Source: a bacterium (GTDB lineage: Bacteria > Hinthialibacterota > Hinthialibacteria > Hinthialibacterales > Hinthialibacteraceae). From it: a stretch of DNA of 64,000 nucleotides. The position numbers were made by a program, and so were the translations under genes. The stretch spans positions 1,312,001-1,376,000 of the forward strand of contig CAXXMV010000002.1 in NCBI GenBank assembly GCA_963662285.2, written 5' to 3'. The notes under the pieces were generated by a model. That model searched no databases. It was not told where the DNA came from and saw only the letters and a program-made list of their open reading frames with translations. Positions 9,706 to 19,878 of the stretch are shown piece by piece (positions within the stretch are counted from its first letter, which is position 1; the number at the start of each line of letters is the position of its first letter).

Positions 9706-10677
9706 ATGGAAAATAACGGTTTATTTGGCATGTTTTGGCTTAGGAACGAAGGTCCGTTTGATCTGGAAAACTTAGATTCGCTCAAGGGTTGGACTCCAGA
9801 TAGCGGTCCAGTTTGGATTGATATGGATCGTGATTCCGATGTTGCGGAAAAATGGTTATACGAGGTATCGGGTCTTGATTCAATTGTTTGCGACGCGCTG
9901 CTGGCAGAAGACACTCGACCACGGCGGGAATTGTTTGACGATGGCGCTATGATTATTTTGCGCGGCGTGAATCTGACCGGGGATGAAGATCCCGGCGAGA
10001 TGATTTCGCTACGCATGTGGTTTGACGCCAATCGCGTTATCACCGTTCGGCGTTATGAGTTTCAATCGCTTAACTTAATTCGTGAATCTATCCGGAACAG
10101 CCGGGGACCCAAAACTACCAGTGATTTTCTATTTACTCTGGTCGAAAAATTATGCGATTTAACAGAGCCGGTGATTGATGAATTAAATGAAACTATTGAT
10201 CAGTTGGAAGACCGGATACTCAACGAAGACTTGGATGGTTTGAAAAATGATATCGTTTCATCCTGGCGTAAAGCCAGCGCGTTAAAGCGCTACCTGGTTC
10301 CCCAGCGGGAAACGATTTCCCGGCTATGCTCCGATTCGTTGATATGGATGCCTGACCGGCATTGCGCTCAACTTAGGGAGTCGGTTGACCGGATCAAGCG
10401 CTATACAGAAGACCTGGATCTGAACTGCAACCATGCGGGAATCGCCCAGGAGCAATTGATAAACCTGCACAACGAGCGGACCAACAAGGCGATGTATATT
10501 CTAACCATCGTCGCGGCGGTCTTTCTTCCACTGTCATTCGTTACAGGGCTTTTGGGGATCAATGTCAGCGGCATCCCCGGCGCTGATCATCCATTGGGAT
10601 TCCTCTTTGTGATAATCATCCTTGCCGGAATCACTGCGCTGGAGTTGTTTATTTTCCGTTTAATGAAATTCTTGTAG
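9706..10677 (+). CDS. zntB: Zinc transporter ZntB (CorA family)
   Basis: ILRGVNL, ETRPR-like motif, FLPLSFVTGLLGIN (GIN signature) and two C-terminal TM helices. Confidence 0.85.
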   Translation: MENNGLFGMFWLRNEGPFDLENLDSLKGWTPDSGPVWIDMDRDSDVAEKWLYEVSGLDSIVCDALLAEDTRPRRELFDDGAMIILRGVNLTGDEDPGEMISLRMWFDANRVITVRRYEFQSLNLIRESIRNSRGPKTTSDFLFTLVEKLCDLTEPVIDELNETIDQLEDRILNEDLDGLKNDIVSSWRKASALKRYLVPQRETISRLCSDSLIWMPDRHCAQLRESVDRIKRYTEDLDLNCNHAGIAQEQLINLHNERTNKAMYILTIVAAVFLPLSFVTGLLGINVSGIPGADHPLGFLFVIIILAGITALELFIFRLMKFL

Positions 10678-10728
10678 TATAGTTATATAATATTAGTAGA
10701 AGATCAAGCAAGTGGATTTAAATCATAA

Positions 10729-13700
10729 TTGAAATGGGTATTTATAAAAATGAAAATATATAAAAAGAATGTGATTATTTTCCTATTTGTTTTGGTTTCA
10801 TTATTTTATTCCTCAATGCAACCGGCATATACGCAAAACGCGAAACCAAAAAACATACCCACACCTGCTGTGCAGGAGGCAATAGAGATTTCCATTCCGA
10901 TATTAGAAGATCGGAAAAAGAAAATTGAAGCGTCGACAACCTTAGATAATGAGGTTAAGACAAAAGTAATAGAATTGTATGACCAGGCAATTCAACAGAT
11001 CAAACTCTCTGAAGAGTGGACTGCCAAAGAATTGAGTTTCGAGAAAGCGATGCAAGGCGCACCCGCTTTTCTAGAAACGATGCAAAAAGAACTGGCGAAA
11101 CCAATCATTGACGCAACGCCCGAAATCGATCCCAAATGGACATTGACTCAAATCGAACCCTTGTTGAATAAAGCGGAATCTGATTTAGCTGAAGCCAAAA
11201 AGAATTTAGCGGATTTACGAAAAGAAGAATCCGACCGAACAAACAGGCGTACTGACATCCCCAATCAAATCGCCAAAAATCAAGAACTGCTAAAAGAGAT
11301 CAATGCACGCTTATCCAATCCCCTTCCGAAGGAAGGGAATGCAGAACTAAACCAAGCAGAGAGATTCCTCCTTCAAGCGCAAAGAAAAGTACTGGAACAA
11401 GAGATCAAATCCATTGATAAAGAACTTCTCAGTTATAACGCCAGAGGGACTCTATTGCTCGCGAGAATAGATTTGGCTTCGCAGCGATTAAGCAATAAAG
11501 AAAAGAACGCGACGGCCTGGCGGGTGATTGTATCCAAGATGCGCCAAAAGCAAGCGGAGGATGATGCTCAAAAAGCGAGAGAAGAATCGTTTAAAGCGGC
11601 AAGAGAACATCCTTTGTTGAAATCGTTGGCCGAATACAATTCTCAACTCGCCGATAAACGAACCGGCGCCAAGGGAATCACAACTGCGCAAAAAAAAGCT
11701 GCGGATGACCTGAATCAAATCAAAAAACTTCTAGAGACGACAAAAAACAATTACGAGGATATTCAGACCAGGCTTCAAACAGCGGGAATTACTCATGGTA
11801 TAGGCGTATTACTTCGGAAACAAAGAACGGAGATTCCCGATCTCCGCCTGCACAAGGGTAATATTAACAGCCGGCAATCGGATATTTCGGATGCGCAATT
11901 GGAATGGTTTGATTATAAAGGGCAGCGAAGTAATTTATCAGATATCGAATCAGTGGTGCAAGCCTCTCTAGCGACTCTTACGGATGCAACGGAAGCCGTT
12001 AGGAATGAGTTGACGCCCCGTATCCAGACAATACTGAATACAAGGAAAAACTATTTGGAATCATTAATCAATGATTATGATGATTACATCGATACATTGA
12101 TTAACCTGGATATTGCAGAGCGAAATCTCATAGAGCAGGCTTCTGAATTAAAAGAGTACATTGATAAGCACATTCTTTGGATTAGAAGCGCTTCAATCCC
12201 CGGAGTATCGGATACAGGCGACTTTATTAAAGCATTGAGTTGGATGTGCGATTATCAAGGATGGCGGACCGTTTTGGGCAGCTTTTGGGATGATTATAAT
12301 CAAAATTTTTCCGCCTACTTATTTGGTTTTTTTATTTACATCCTCTTGATCTATGGCCGGTTCAAGTGGGCGCCCCGTATAAACGGCTTATCAGACAAGG
12401 TTAAAAAGAAAAAACTGTTAACTACTTTTTCCCATACAGTTGAGTGTTTATTTTTCACGCTATTCACCGCGGTTTTTCTGCCCCTCGTTTTGGTATTTTT
12501 TGCCTGGCGGTTGTCTTTTTATAATGGAGTTTCGGAATATCCACTCTCTGTCACATCAGGATTGTACACAACAGCCATTATTTTCTACACACTAGAAATT
12601 CTCCGTTATCTTTGCCAGTCCAAGGGATTGGGTGAAGTGCACTTTAAATGGAGAGCGGAGACATTACAGATCATTCGTAGAAATCTGATTTGGTTTATGC
12701 CTATATTCCTGTTCATTGCATATACATTCTCCATTATCGAATGGCAGAGTATTCAGGAACACAAAGATACTCTGGGGCGTTTTTTATTTATATCAGGGAT
12801 GGTCGTGATCAGCATATTTAATAGAAAAGCTATGGCCGGATTCGCTAATATACCAACTAATCAAGCAGATGGTTGGTCTTTTAAGTCCCTGAATCAACGT
12901 CATTACTTGTGGTATCCAATTGCATTGTATTTACCAATCTTTTTAGCACTGCTGGCATTCGTCGGGTATTATTACACGGCGGTTCAACTTAATTGGCGTT
13001 TTATCAGCACAGTATGGCTGGTATTTGGACTTATCATTTTAAACAGTCTGGTTCAGAGGTGGATATTACTAACCCACCGGACTATTGCCATTCAGGAAGC
13101 GCGACGCAAGCATGCCGCGAAACAAGCTAGCCTGGAAGAAAGCGCATCCGGAGAAAATCCACCGGAACTGAAGTTCGATGAATCCGAGTTGGATATTGCA
13201 GCGATTAACGAGCAGACCAAAAAACTGATTCGTAGTTTTCTGGCGTTGGGCTTTATATTGGGGCTTTGGTTTGTCTGGGTGGATATGCTTCCGGCGTTGG
13301 ATTTTCTGGATCGCGTCGAACTTTGGGAGATCGGAGCGTCAGCGGTATCAACCGCTGCGAATGAGGGAAGCGACTCTGAAATAGTTACCATAACTGAAAA
13401 AAGCGTTATCACATTAAAGAATCTTCTTTTCGCGCTTATCGTATTGGCCATGACCGTCATTTCGACTAGAAATGTTCCCGGTGTTCTTGAGATGGCCGTT
13501 TTGCAAAAAATGCCGATAGATGCGGGAACCCGCTATGCTTATACGACAGTGGCCCGTTATATTATCGCAGTGGTGGGCATCATTTTCGTTTGCGGTTCGT
13601 TGGGGATTCAATGGTCCTCCATCCAATGGTTGGTCGCGGCGATGACATTAGGTCTTGGTTTCGGACTGCAAGAGATTTTCGCTAATTTTGTTTCAGGGCT

Positions 13701-14229
13701 GATTATTCTCTTTGAACGTCCCATACGCATCGGGGATACCGTAACCGTAGGCGACGTGTCCGGAACCGTATCAAAAATCCGCATTCGCGGTACAACCATT
13801 ACTAATTGGGATCGTAAAGAACTCATCATTCCCAACAAGGAATTCATCACCGGACAGGTGATTAACTGGACGTTGAGCGATCAGGTATTGCGCCTGGTGA
13901 TTCCTGTGGGCATCGCTTACGGTTCCGATGTGGAAAAAGCACACGAAGTCTTAATGAACGTTGCAGTTGAGAACGATAATGTTCTGGACGATCCTTCTCC
14001 CAGAGTAACTTTTGAATCTTTTGGCGATAGTACGTTGGATTTTGCTCTCCGTGCGTTTATTCCGAGCATTGATGTGATGTTGAAAACAAAAGATCAACTA
14101 AACTGCGCCATCGACCGGGATTTTAGAAAAGCCGGTATTGAAATCGCTTTTCCGCAAAGAGATATACATATAAGGACGGTAGAACAGCCGCTTTTTAGAG
14201 CGGATAAGCAAGAGAACGAAAACCAATGA
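10729..14229 (+). CDS. mscK: Large MscS-family mechanosensitive channel (MscK/KefA-like)
   Basis: Signal peptide, long periplasmic coiled coil, many TMs, GLGFGLQEIFANFVSGLIILFERPIRIGD core and IAFPQRD end. The real start may be the ATG at 10750. Confidence 0.9.
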   Translation: MKWVFIKMKIYKKNVIIFLFVLVSLFYSSMQPAYTQNAKPKNIPTPAVQEAIEISIPILEDRKKKIEASTTLDNEVKTKVIELYDQAIQQIKLSEEWTAKELSFEKAMQGAPAFLETMQKELAKPIIDATPEIDPKWTLTQIEPLLNKAESDLAEAKKNLADLRKEESDRTNRRTDIPNQIAKNQELLKEINARLSNPLPKEGNAELNQAERFLLQAQRKVLEQEIKSIDKELLSYNARGTLLLARIDLASQRLSNKEKNATAWRVIVSKMRQKQAEDDAQKAREESFKAAREHPLLKSLAEYNSQLADKRTGAKGITTAQKKAADDLNQIKKLLETTKNNYEDIQTRLQTAGITHGIGVLLRKQRTEIPDLRLHKGNINSRQSDISDAQLEWFDYKGQRSNLSDIESVVQASLATLTDATEAVRNELTPRIQTILNTRKNYLESLINDYDDYIDTLINLDIAERNLIEQASELKEYIDKHILWIRSASIPGVSDTGDFIKALSWMCDYQGWRTVLGSFWDDYNQNFSAYLFGFFIYILLIYGRFKWAPRINGLSDKVKKKKLLTTFSHTVECLFFTLFTAVFLPLVLVFFAWRLSFYNGVSEYPLSVTSGLYTTAIIFYTLEILRYLCQSKGLGEVHFKWRAETLQIIRRNLIWFMPIFLFIAYTFSIIEWQSIQEHKDTLGRFLFISGMVVISIFNRKAMAGFANIPTNQADGWSFKSLNQRHYLWYPIALYLPIFLALLAFVGYYYTAVQLNWRFISTVWLVFGLIILNSLVQRWILLTHRTIAIQEARRKHAAKQASLEESASGENPPELKFDESELDIAAINEQTKKLIRSFLALGFILGLWFVWVDMLPALDFLDRVELWEIGASAVSTAANEGSDSEIVTITEKSVITLKNLLFALIVLAMTVISTRNVPGVLEMAVLQKMPIDAGTRYAYTTVARYIIAVVGIIFVCGSLGIQWSSIQWLVAAMTLGLGFGLQEIFANFVSGLIILFERPIRIGDTVTVGDVSGTVSKIRIRGTTITNWDRKELIIPNKEFITGQVINWTLSDQVLRLVIPVGIAYGSDVEKAHEVLMNVAVENDNVLDDPSPRVTFESFGDSTLDFALRAFIPSIDVMLKTKDQLNCAIDRDFRKAGIEIAFPQRDIHIRTVEQPLFRADKQENENQ

Positions 14230-14238
14230 TATACAAAT

Positions 14239-14280
14239 AAAAACGGAGCTGATGGTGAAAACCTTCAGCTCCGTTTTTTT
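14239..14280. terminator. Bidirectional intrinsic terminator
   Basis: aaaaacggagctga...tcagctccgttttttt between convergent mscK and GH5 genes. Confidence 0.85.
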
Positions 14281-14312
14281 TATCATAATCTATTCTCTTG
14301 ATGAATTAGTAC

Positions 14313-15389
14313 CTATGCTTTTCCATCGGCCAGAAGCATTTCCAGCATTTTACGATCCAGTTTATGCCCTTTATAATCTTCGTATTGAATATCATTGCGT
14401 TGGCTGTCGAGGATGCCGAAGCCGCCGCGCAGGTTCCACATGGCCCAGCCCCAACCTGCGTCGCGCCATAGGTCGAGGCAGTCGGTCATCCAGGGTATTG
14501 CCACAGAATGAGGCGTCTTGTTATAGCATCCCCACTCGCCGACATGAACGCCGACTCCTTTGGCTTCGAGTTCTTGAAATGGTTTGATGTTATGTTCCAG
14601 TATCCATTTTTTATCAATCAGGTCGGCGCCTTGTTTGAGCGGCCAGGTTGGTTCGCTCCATTTATCCGAGCCGCTAATCCAACTGGCTTTATGGTGGCTG
14701 ATTTTCATCGGATCATATCCGCGGGTGCTCTGGGCGATTCCCAGGTCGGCGATGGAGTGCACCGGATCGCGTCCCCAGCGCAGGCCATCGACTACAATCA
14801 ATCGGTCAGGATCAGCAGAACGAATGGCGCCTACTACAGCCCGTACTACCCGGTCATAAACAGGTTCTGATATATTGGCTGGTTCATTGAGTAGATCAAA
14901 ACTGAGTTGCTCAGTCGGGATTCCTTTATAGCGTTCAGCGAAACTCTTCCATTGAAAGCAGAACTGTTTGAGCGCTTCTTCGTCTTTCCACAGGTCTAAT
15001 TTTTCCTCTGGTGGATTGACGCAATAACCGGGAGCGCGGTGCAGATTGAGGTTGATATGGATGCCGTATTGCTTGCCCCATTCGACTGTTTGGTCAATTT
15101 CCTTCAAGACCTTTTCGTCCAATTTGTATGGATCGTCTGCATCAGTCCAGCAGCGGTAATCGGTGGGCAGGCGGGCGAAATCGAATCCCCATTGCGCCAT
15201 AAGTTCAAAATCTTTTTCACTATATGGGCTGTTGCGGCGTTGAGTGAATTTCTCCAGTAAATTGAAACCTCGCCAGCGCGGCAGTTTGGCGGCGCTGATC
15301 TTTTTAGATTGTGAGGCGGTTGCGTTTTGATGCAGTATCGCGCCGCCAGCGAGTGCAGGAATAGTTTTTAGAAAATCACGTCTTTTCAT
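14313..15389 (-). CDS. Tat-exported glycoside hydrolase family 5 (cellulase-type)
   Basis: MKRRDFLK Tat signal from the ATG at 15389, RGFNL, LLNEP acid/base and HVGEWG nucleophile motifs. Confidence 0.88.
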   Translation of the reverse strand: MKRRDFLKTIPALAGGAILHQNATASQSKKISAAKLPRWRGFNLLEKFTQRRNSPYSEKDFELMAQWGFDFARLPTDYRCWTDADDPYKLDEKVLKEIDQTVEWGKQYGIHINLNLHRAPGYCVNPPEEKLDLWKDEEALKQFCFQWKSFAERYKGIPTEQLSFDLLNEPANISEPVYDRVVRAVVGAIRSADPDRLIVVDGLRWGRDPVHSIADLGIAQSTRGYDPMKISHHKASWISGSDKWSEPTWPLKQGADLIDKKWILEHNIKPFQELEAKGVGVHVGEWGCYNKTPHSVAIPWMTDCLDLWRDAGWGWAMWNLRGGFGILDSQRNDIQYEDYKGHKLDRKMLEMLLADGKA

Positions 15390-15554
15390 GATTTGGTAAC
15401 CTCGTATTTTTAAGATGGTTAAGAATACTATATAGCTTATAAAGCGATTAGCAAAATTACTTGCGCAAATACCCATGAATTAATGTTAACCGCTATAGTC
15501 TTATTTAACCGTATTTGATAGTATAGATTAATTCTCAGATGGAAGGATTATCTC

Positions 15555-16886
15555 ATGAAACGGCGCGATGTTTTAGCTATGTTATCAGCAGGCGGACTGG
15601 GTATGGCGGGATCGGCGTCGCCTACAGCGGCGCAATCGGTATGGAAATCAAAACCGGGCGATAAGGTCAAGATTACTGATGTCAAAGTGGTGCTGACCGC
15701 TCCGGAGAGGATTCGCTTGGTAGTAGTGAAGATCGAGACCAGCGATGCTGGATTATATGGCTGGGGCTGTGGTACGTTCACCCAGCGTCCACTGACGGTC
15801 AAGACCGCTGTTGAAGAATATCTGCGCCCGTTTTTGATCGGTAAAGATCCGGACAATATCGAAGATATCTGGCAGGCCAGTTATGTCAGTAGTTATTGGC
15901 GCAACGGTCCGGTGCTTAATAACGCCATCAGTGGTGTTGATATGGCGTTGTGGGATATCAAAGGAAAACGCGCTGGAATGCCGGTCTATCAACTGTTGGG
16001 GGGCAAGTGCCGTTTCGCCGCCGACCTCTACGCCCATGCTTCGGGGCGGGATATCAACGAAGTGGAAGATAATGTGCGCAAGTGGATGGAGCAGGGCTAC
16101 CGCCACGTCCGGGCGCAGGTTTCCGTGCCGGGATATTCGGGTTATGGTTCGGCGTCATCACAGAAGGAAATAGATAATCATCTACCCAAAGGAACGCAGG
16201 TCTACGAACCCGCGCCTTATGTTCGCATTGTTCCCAAATTGTTTGAACATCTGAGAAACACTGTGGGTGAAGAGGTCGAGTTGCTGCATGATATGCACGA
16301 GCGCGTATCGAATGCGCAGGCGGTTAATCTGGCCAAGCAGTTGGAACCTTATAACCTGTTTTTTCTGGAAGACCCGGTTTCGCCGGAGCAGGTGGACCAT
16401 TTCCGCCGCATCCGGCAGCAATGCGCCACGCCGATTGCTATGGGCGAGTTGTTTAACAACTCCCATGAATGGATCGATCTGGTATCGGAGCGGCTGATAG
16501 ATTTTATACGCGTCCATCTCTCGCAGATCGGCGGATTAAGCCCGGCGCGTAAACTGGCGGCGTTTTGCGAGGTCTTCGGCGTCAAGACCGCCTGGCATGG
16601 CCCCGGCGACCTGTCTCCATTCGGTCAGGCGGCTAATATCGCGTTGGATTTATCGTGTTATAACTTCGGCGTGCAGGAGCAGCACATTTTTAACAACGCG
16701 GCGCAGGAAGTTTTCCCCGGCTGCCTGAAAATCGAAAACGGCTACATGTTCGCCAATGAAGCGCCGGGATGGGGGATTGATTGCGACGAAGAGAAAGCCC
16801 GTAAATATCCATTTACCGATAAAGCGCCATTCGACATGTTCTGGGGAAACGTCCGCAACCGCGATGGAACTGTTAATCGACCTTAG
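15555..16886 (+). CDS. Enolase-superfamily dehydratase (RspA/ManD-like) with Tat signal
   Basis: MKRRDVL signal, YWRNGPV, DMALWDIKGK, LLHDMHER, FLEDP, MGE and TAWHGP motifs. Confidence 0.88.
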   Translation: MKRRDVLAMLSAGGLGMAGSASPTAAQSVWKSKPGDKVKITDVKVVLTAPERIRLVVVKIETSDAGLYGWGCGTFTQRPLTVKTAVEEYLRPFLIGKDPDNIEDIWQASYVSSYWRNGPVLNNAISGVDMALWDIKGKRAGMPVYQLLGGKCRFAADLYAHASGRDINEVEDNVRKWMEQGYRHVRAQVSVPGYSGYGSASSQKEIDNHLPKGTQVYEPAPYVRIVPKLFEHLRNTVGEEVELLHDMHERVSNAQAVNLAKQLEPYNLFFLEDPVSPEQVDHFRRIRQQCATPIAMGELFNNSHEWIDLVSERLIDFIRVHLSQIGGLSPARKLAAFCEVFGVKTAWHGPGDLSPFGQAANIALDLSCYNFGVQEQHIFNNAAQEVFPGCLKIENGYMFANEAPGWGIDCDEEKARKYPFTDKAPFDMFWGNVRNRDGTVNRP

Positions 16887-16951
16887 GTGGTATATGTATA
16901 GTTTTTTGAAGATAATATCAATTTGCCGCGTGAAAATAATAAAAGTACATT

Positions 16952-17496
16952 TCAATTCTGTATTGTATATGTCGATTGAAAAAGGGCTTCGAAAAGCAGA
17001 GATAGAGAGGTATCAGAAAGTTCAATATGTCCTGTTAATTCGTGAAGAAATCTATTCATGAATCCATTGTTTAATTCTACTTTCTTATGAAGATGTTCTT
17101 GTAGTATTCCTAAAGCTATTGCTATTACAAATCTCTCATTCAATCCATACATTATTTGGTCATGATCATATGGAGAGAGAGGTTTTTCTTTGAGAAGGTG
17201 AAATGTTAATCTTCCTACAAATCTAAAGATACTGGGTTTTCGATTACAGTCTCGTCTTATACTGACAAGTCTTTCAATGCAATGCAAAAAAGCCCAGGAT
17301 ACTTTTCTCGAATTATAGTGGATAGACCAATTATTAAATTCGCCAATTCGTTTAGCAATGCATTAGCATGATTGGGCGTATTTATTTGCGAAATCGGTTA
17401 AAATAGTATTGTCAATATCGCCTAATCGATTTATATCGAGATTATCTGATATAAACAAATAATTCAAAATTCTTTCTCATTTTTAAATTGATCCAT
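16952..17496 (-). pseudogene. Probable degraded AT-rich hypothetical gene
   Basis: The frame of ORF 16952-17287 continues upstream through one TAA (17363-17365) to about 17476. An ATG at 17496 lies one frame off. Confidence 0.4.
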
Positions 17497-17615
17497 GAAT
17501 AATATCCTATTCACTTTTTAATGAAAATTGAATTTATTGAGTTGATTTTGCCTTAACGAATAAATTTAAACAGGAAAATACAGTAAACTGATTAAGTTAA
17601 TAAAGTAGAAACTTT

Positions 17616-17807
17616 TTAAGATTGCGTGAAGAGGTCCTTATTTTCTTCAAGAATTTCTAGTGACGCTTGGGCGTAATCATTGAAATTCTTGAAACTATCT
17701 ATACCGGAATTAGTTGGAATTATGCATTTATCCAGGAGATGAGTGACTTCGTTTGTCGTGATTTTTTTGCCCACGACGAATTTTATTTTCTCCTTGCATT
17801 GTTCCAT
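17616..17807 (-). CDS. Small hypothetical protein
   Basis: 63-aa ORF with an AGGAG RBS upstream of the ATG, downstream of higA. Confidence 0.5.
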   Translation of the reverse strand: MEQCKEKIKFVVGKKITTNEVTHLLDKCIIPTNSGIDSFKNFNDYAQASLEILEENKDLFTQS

Positions 17808-17891
17808 GACCCTGCTCCTTTGAACGACTAAATCTCTTTTTAACTATAAAAATTATAGTGGATCAATTCTTGTTGGTCAATCAAAAAAACC

Positions 17892-18188
17892 CTAAGCAGC
17901 GAACGGGGATATCCGTTTTTCTATCTCCGCCCACCTTTCACAGTAGGCTTTTTTTAAATCATATTGCTTTTGCAGATTCAGCCAGAATTCTGGAGTGTTG
18001 CCGAAGAAGCGATGAAGCCGTAGAGCCGTCTCGGCGGTTATTGATTGTTTGCCTTTTACTATTTCATTTACCCGTCCGGGAGATATCCCAATCTCATGGG
18101 CCAATCGATTCTGGCTTATATTCAATGGCTTTAGAAATTCCTCTAATAGAATCTCGCCGGGATGTATAAGTTCAAGAATATCTTTCAT
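17892..18188 (-). CDS. higA: HigA-family antitoxin (HTH)
   Basis: IHPGEILLEEFLKPL, ITAETALRL..FFG.TPEFWLNLQ..YDL signature. Confidence 0.93.
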   Translation of the reverse strand: MKDILELIHPGEILLEEFLKPLNISQNRLAHEIGISPGRVNEIVKGKQSITAETALRLHRFFGNTPEFWLNLQKQYDLKKAYCERWAEIEKRISPFAA

Positions 18189-18199
18189 GCTATTTTCTC

Positions 18200-18259
18200 C
18201 TATTTATGATAATCTACGATCTCAAAATTATTTGTGTGATTGGTTTTCCATTCTACTTT
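18200..18259 (-). pseudogene. 3' remnant of a HigB toxin gene
   Basis: Translates KVEWKTNHTNNFEIVDYHK*, matching the HigB C-terminal W...EIVDYH, at the position where higB normally precedes higA. Confidence 0.7.
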
Positions 18260-19688
18260 ACTCATCATATATTCTCCAAGGTAATTTCATGGGGTAGCGA
18301 CGGCCGTTTAATATTTTTCCAATGAATGTTGAACGCACCAGGAAATGATAACTTAGCCAAAGCAGTGCGAGCGTAATGGTCAAGATCACTATCAGTTTCA
18401 AAGGCCACGGCGCCACCCAATACGCGATTTCGATCTGGATGTACATCAATAAAGGCGCATGAGCGATATACAGCCAGTAGGACGAATCGGCGATATAGCG
18501 GAACAAGGGATTGCGCCATTCAAAGAAGCAAAGAAAAATCCCGATCATTGCCAGGGTCAACGTCCACATCAGGTATGCAAGGATCAGGCGCAAAATGGTA
18601 AAACCAGCGAATAATGGCCATGTCATCTCAAACTCAGGAGGATCGGGTGGACCATCGGTTAAGGAGGTTTCTGCACTTGCTTTGTTGATGCTGGTTGAAC
18701 TGGCCTCAATATCTGTAGAAGCGGCGTTTGAGATGGAGGCGATAAGTTCTCCAGTGGCGCTATCGATACTGCTATTAGCGCTCTCGATAGAAATAGATGA
18801 CTGATCTGCTTGTGAAATTGCAGGCGGATCATTGGGCTGGGCCATTTTTGATATCATAATTCCAGCGGCAATACCAATTGGCAAATATATTAGAATTCCT
18901 CCGATCAAATGAGAGCGCCAATGTTTCTTTAAATCATTTAGTCGTTCAGTGTTCCGGTGAAGCATCCATCCGAACATAAAAAACATGTAATAAAAAAGGA
19001 ACGGACCTATTTGGGGCAAAATACTGAAGCCCGGTTCATCAACCATTGGCCCACTCATCAAGGACATGACGAAGAGCGTTGGAATAGCCAGTATTAAAGG
19101 TGCTTTTCGACGGATGCAAATATATTCCATCCATTGATCCGCCTTGCGCCGCAAATGGTATTTCTCTTCAAATTTCAATATAACATATCGAAGGCCAATG
19201 ATAAAAACATAAAACATCATCAAATAATTCAAGAACCATAAATAGTGAGTTGTGTATTGATCCCAAAATTTACTTGAAGTGAAATACGGAACATATTCAT
19301 GCCAGGGGATCAATGCGTTGGGATCATTTTTTTTGGCTCTGCCGTATATTTGAACGGCGGACATCAATGGCAATAGCGTAGCCAATCCAATCAAGAATGG
19401 GACATAGATTCGCTTGAAGCGCGTTTTCAATAATTTTATAGCGCCGTCGCGGTGGTAAAGCATACGCCCAAAAAATCCTGCAACTACGAAAAAAGTATGC
19501 AGCCGGAATTGATGGAAGAAAAAGTAAATATAGGCGGGAATCATGCTGCTCGATATATCTTGAACGCCGCACCAGAATGGAATAAAAAAGGAATGCGTTG
19601 CGTGAACGAATATTCCCAGAAGCATTGCGACCGCTCGTAATGCGTCTAGCGAGTGATAACGCGGCGAGGGTTGAATATCGGAAGCCAT
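18258..19688 (-). CDS. Acyltransferase family 3 (OpgC/MdoC-like) membrane protein
   Basis: RYHSLDALRA, FRLHTFFVVAGFF, YLWFLNYL and DSSYWLYIAH motifs; about 10 TMs. Confidence 0.88.
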   Translation of the reverse strand: MASDIQPSPRYHSLDALRAVAMLLGIFVHATHSFFIPFWCGVQDISSSMIPAYIYFFFHQFRLHTFFVVAGFFGRMLYHRDGAIKLLKTRFKRIYVPFLIGLATLLPLMSAVQIYGRAKKNDPNALIPWHEYVPYFTSSKFWDQYTTHYLWFLNYLMMFYVFIIGLRYVILKFEEKYHLRRKADQWMEYICIRRKAPLILAIPTLFVMSLMSGPMVDEPGFSILPQIGPFLFYYMFFMFGWMLHRNTERLNDLKKHWRSHLIGGILIYLPIGIAAGIMISKMAQPNDPPAISQADQSSISIESANSSIDSATGELIASISNAASTDIEASSTSINKASAETSLTDGPPDPPEFEMTWPLFAGFTILRLILAYLMWTLTLAMIGIFLCFFEWRNPLFRYIADSSYWLYIAHAPLLMYIQIEIAYWVAPWPLKLIVILTITLALLWLSYHFLVRSTFIGKILNGRRYPMKLPWRIYDE

Positions 19689-19812
19689 TAAAATGCGCCT
19701 TACCTAAGATGTAATATCCTACTTATCTATTCCGTGAAACGGAATGCGCCTAGATTTTATAAGAGTATTTTTTCATAGTAAAAGGCAAAAGCAAGTGCAA
19801 ATGATAGCGTAT

Positions 19813-19847
19813 AAAAAACCAAGCGGAGTATAAATGACTCCGCTTGG
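19813..19847 (-). terminator. Intrinsic terminator
   Basis: ccaagcggagt/actccgcttgg stem with a T6 tail on the minus strand after the LamG gene. Confidence 0.8.
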
Positions 19848-19878
19848 CGATTTGTACAAAGGAATTACTTGATCTTTG

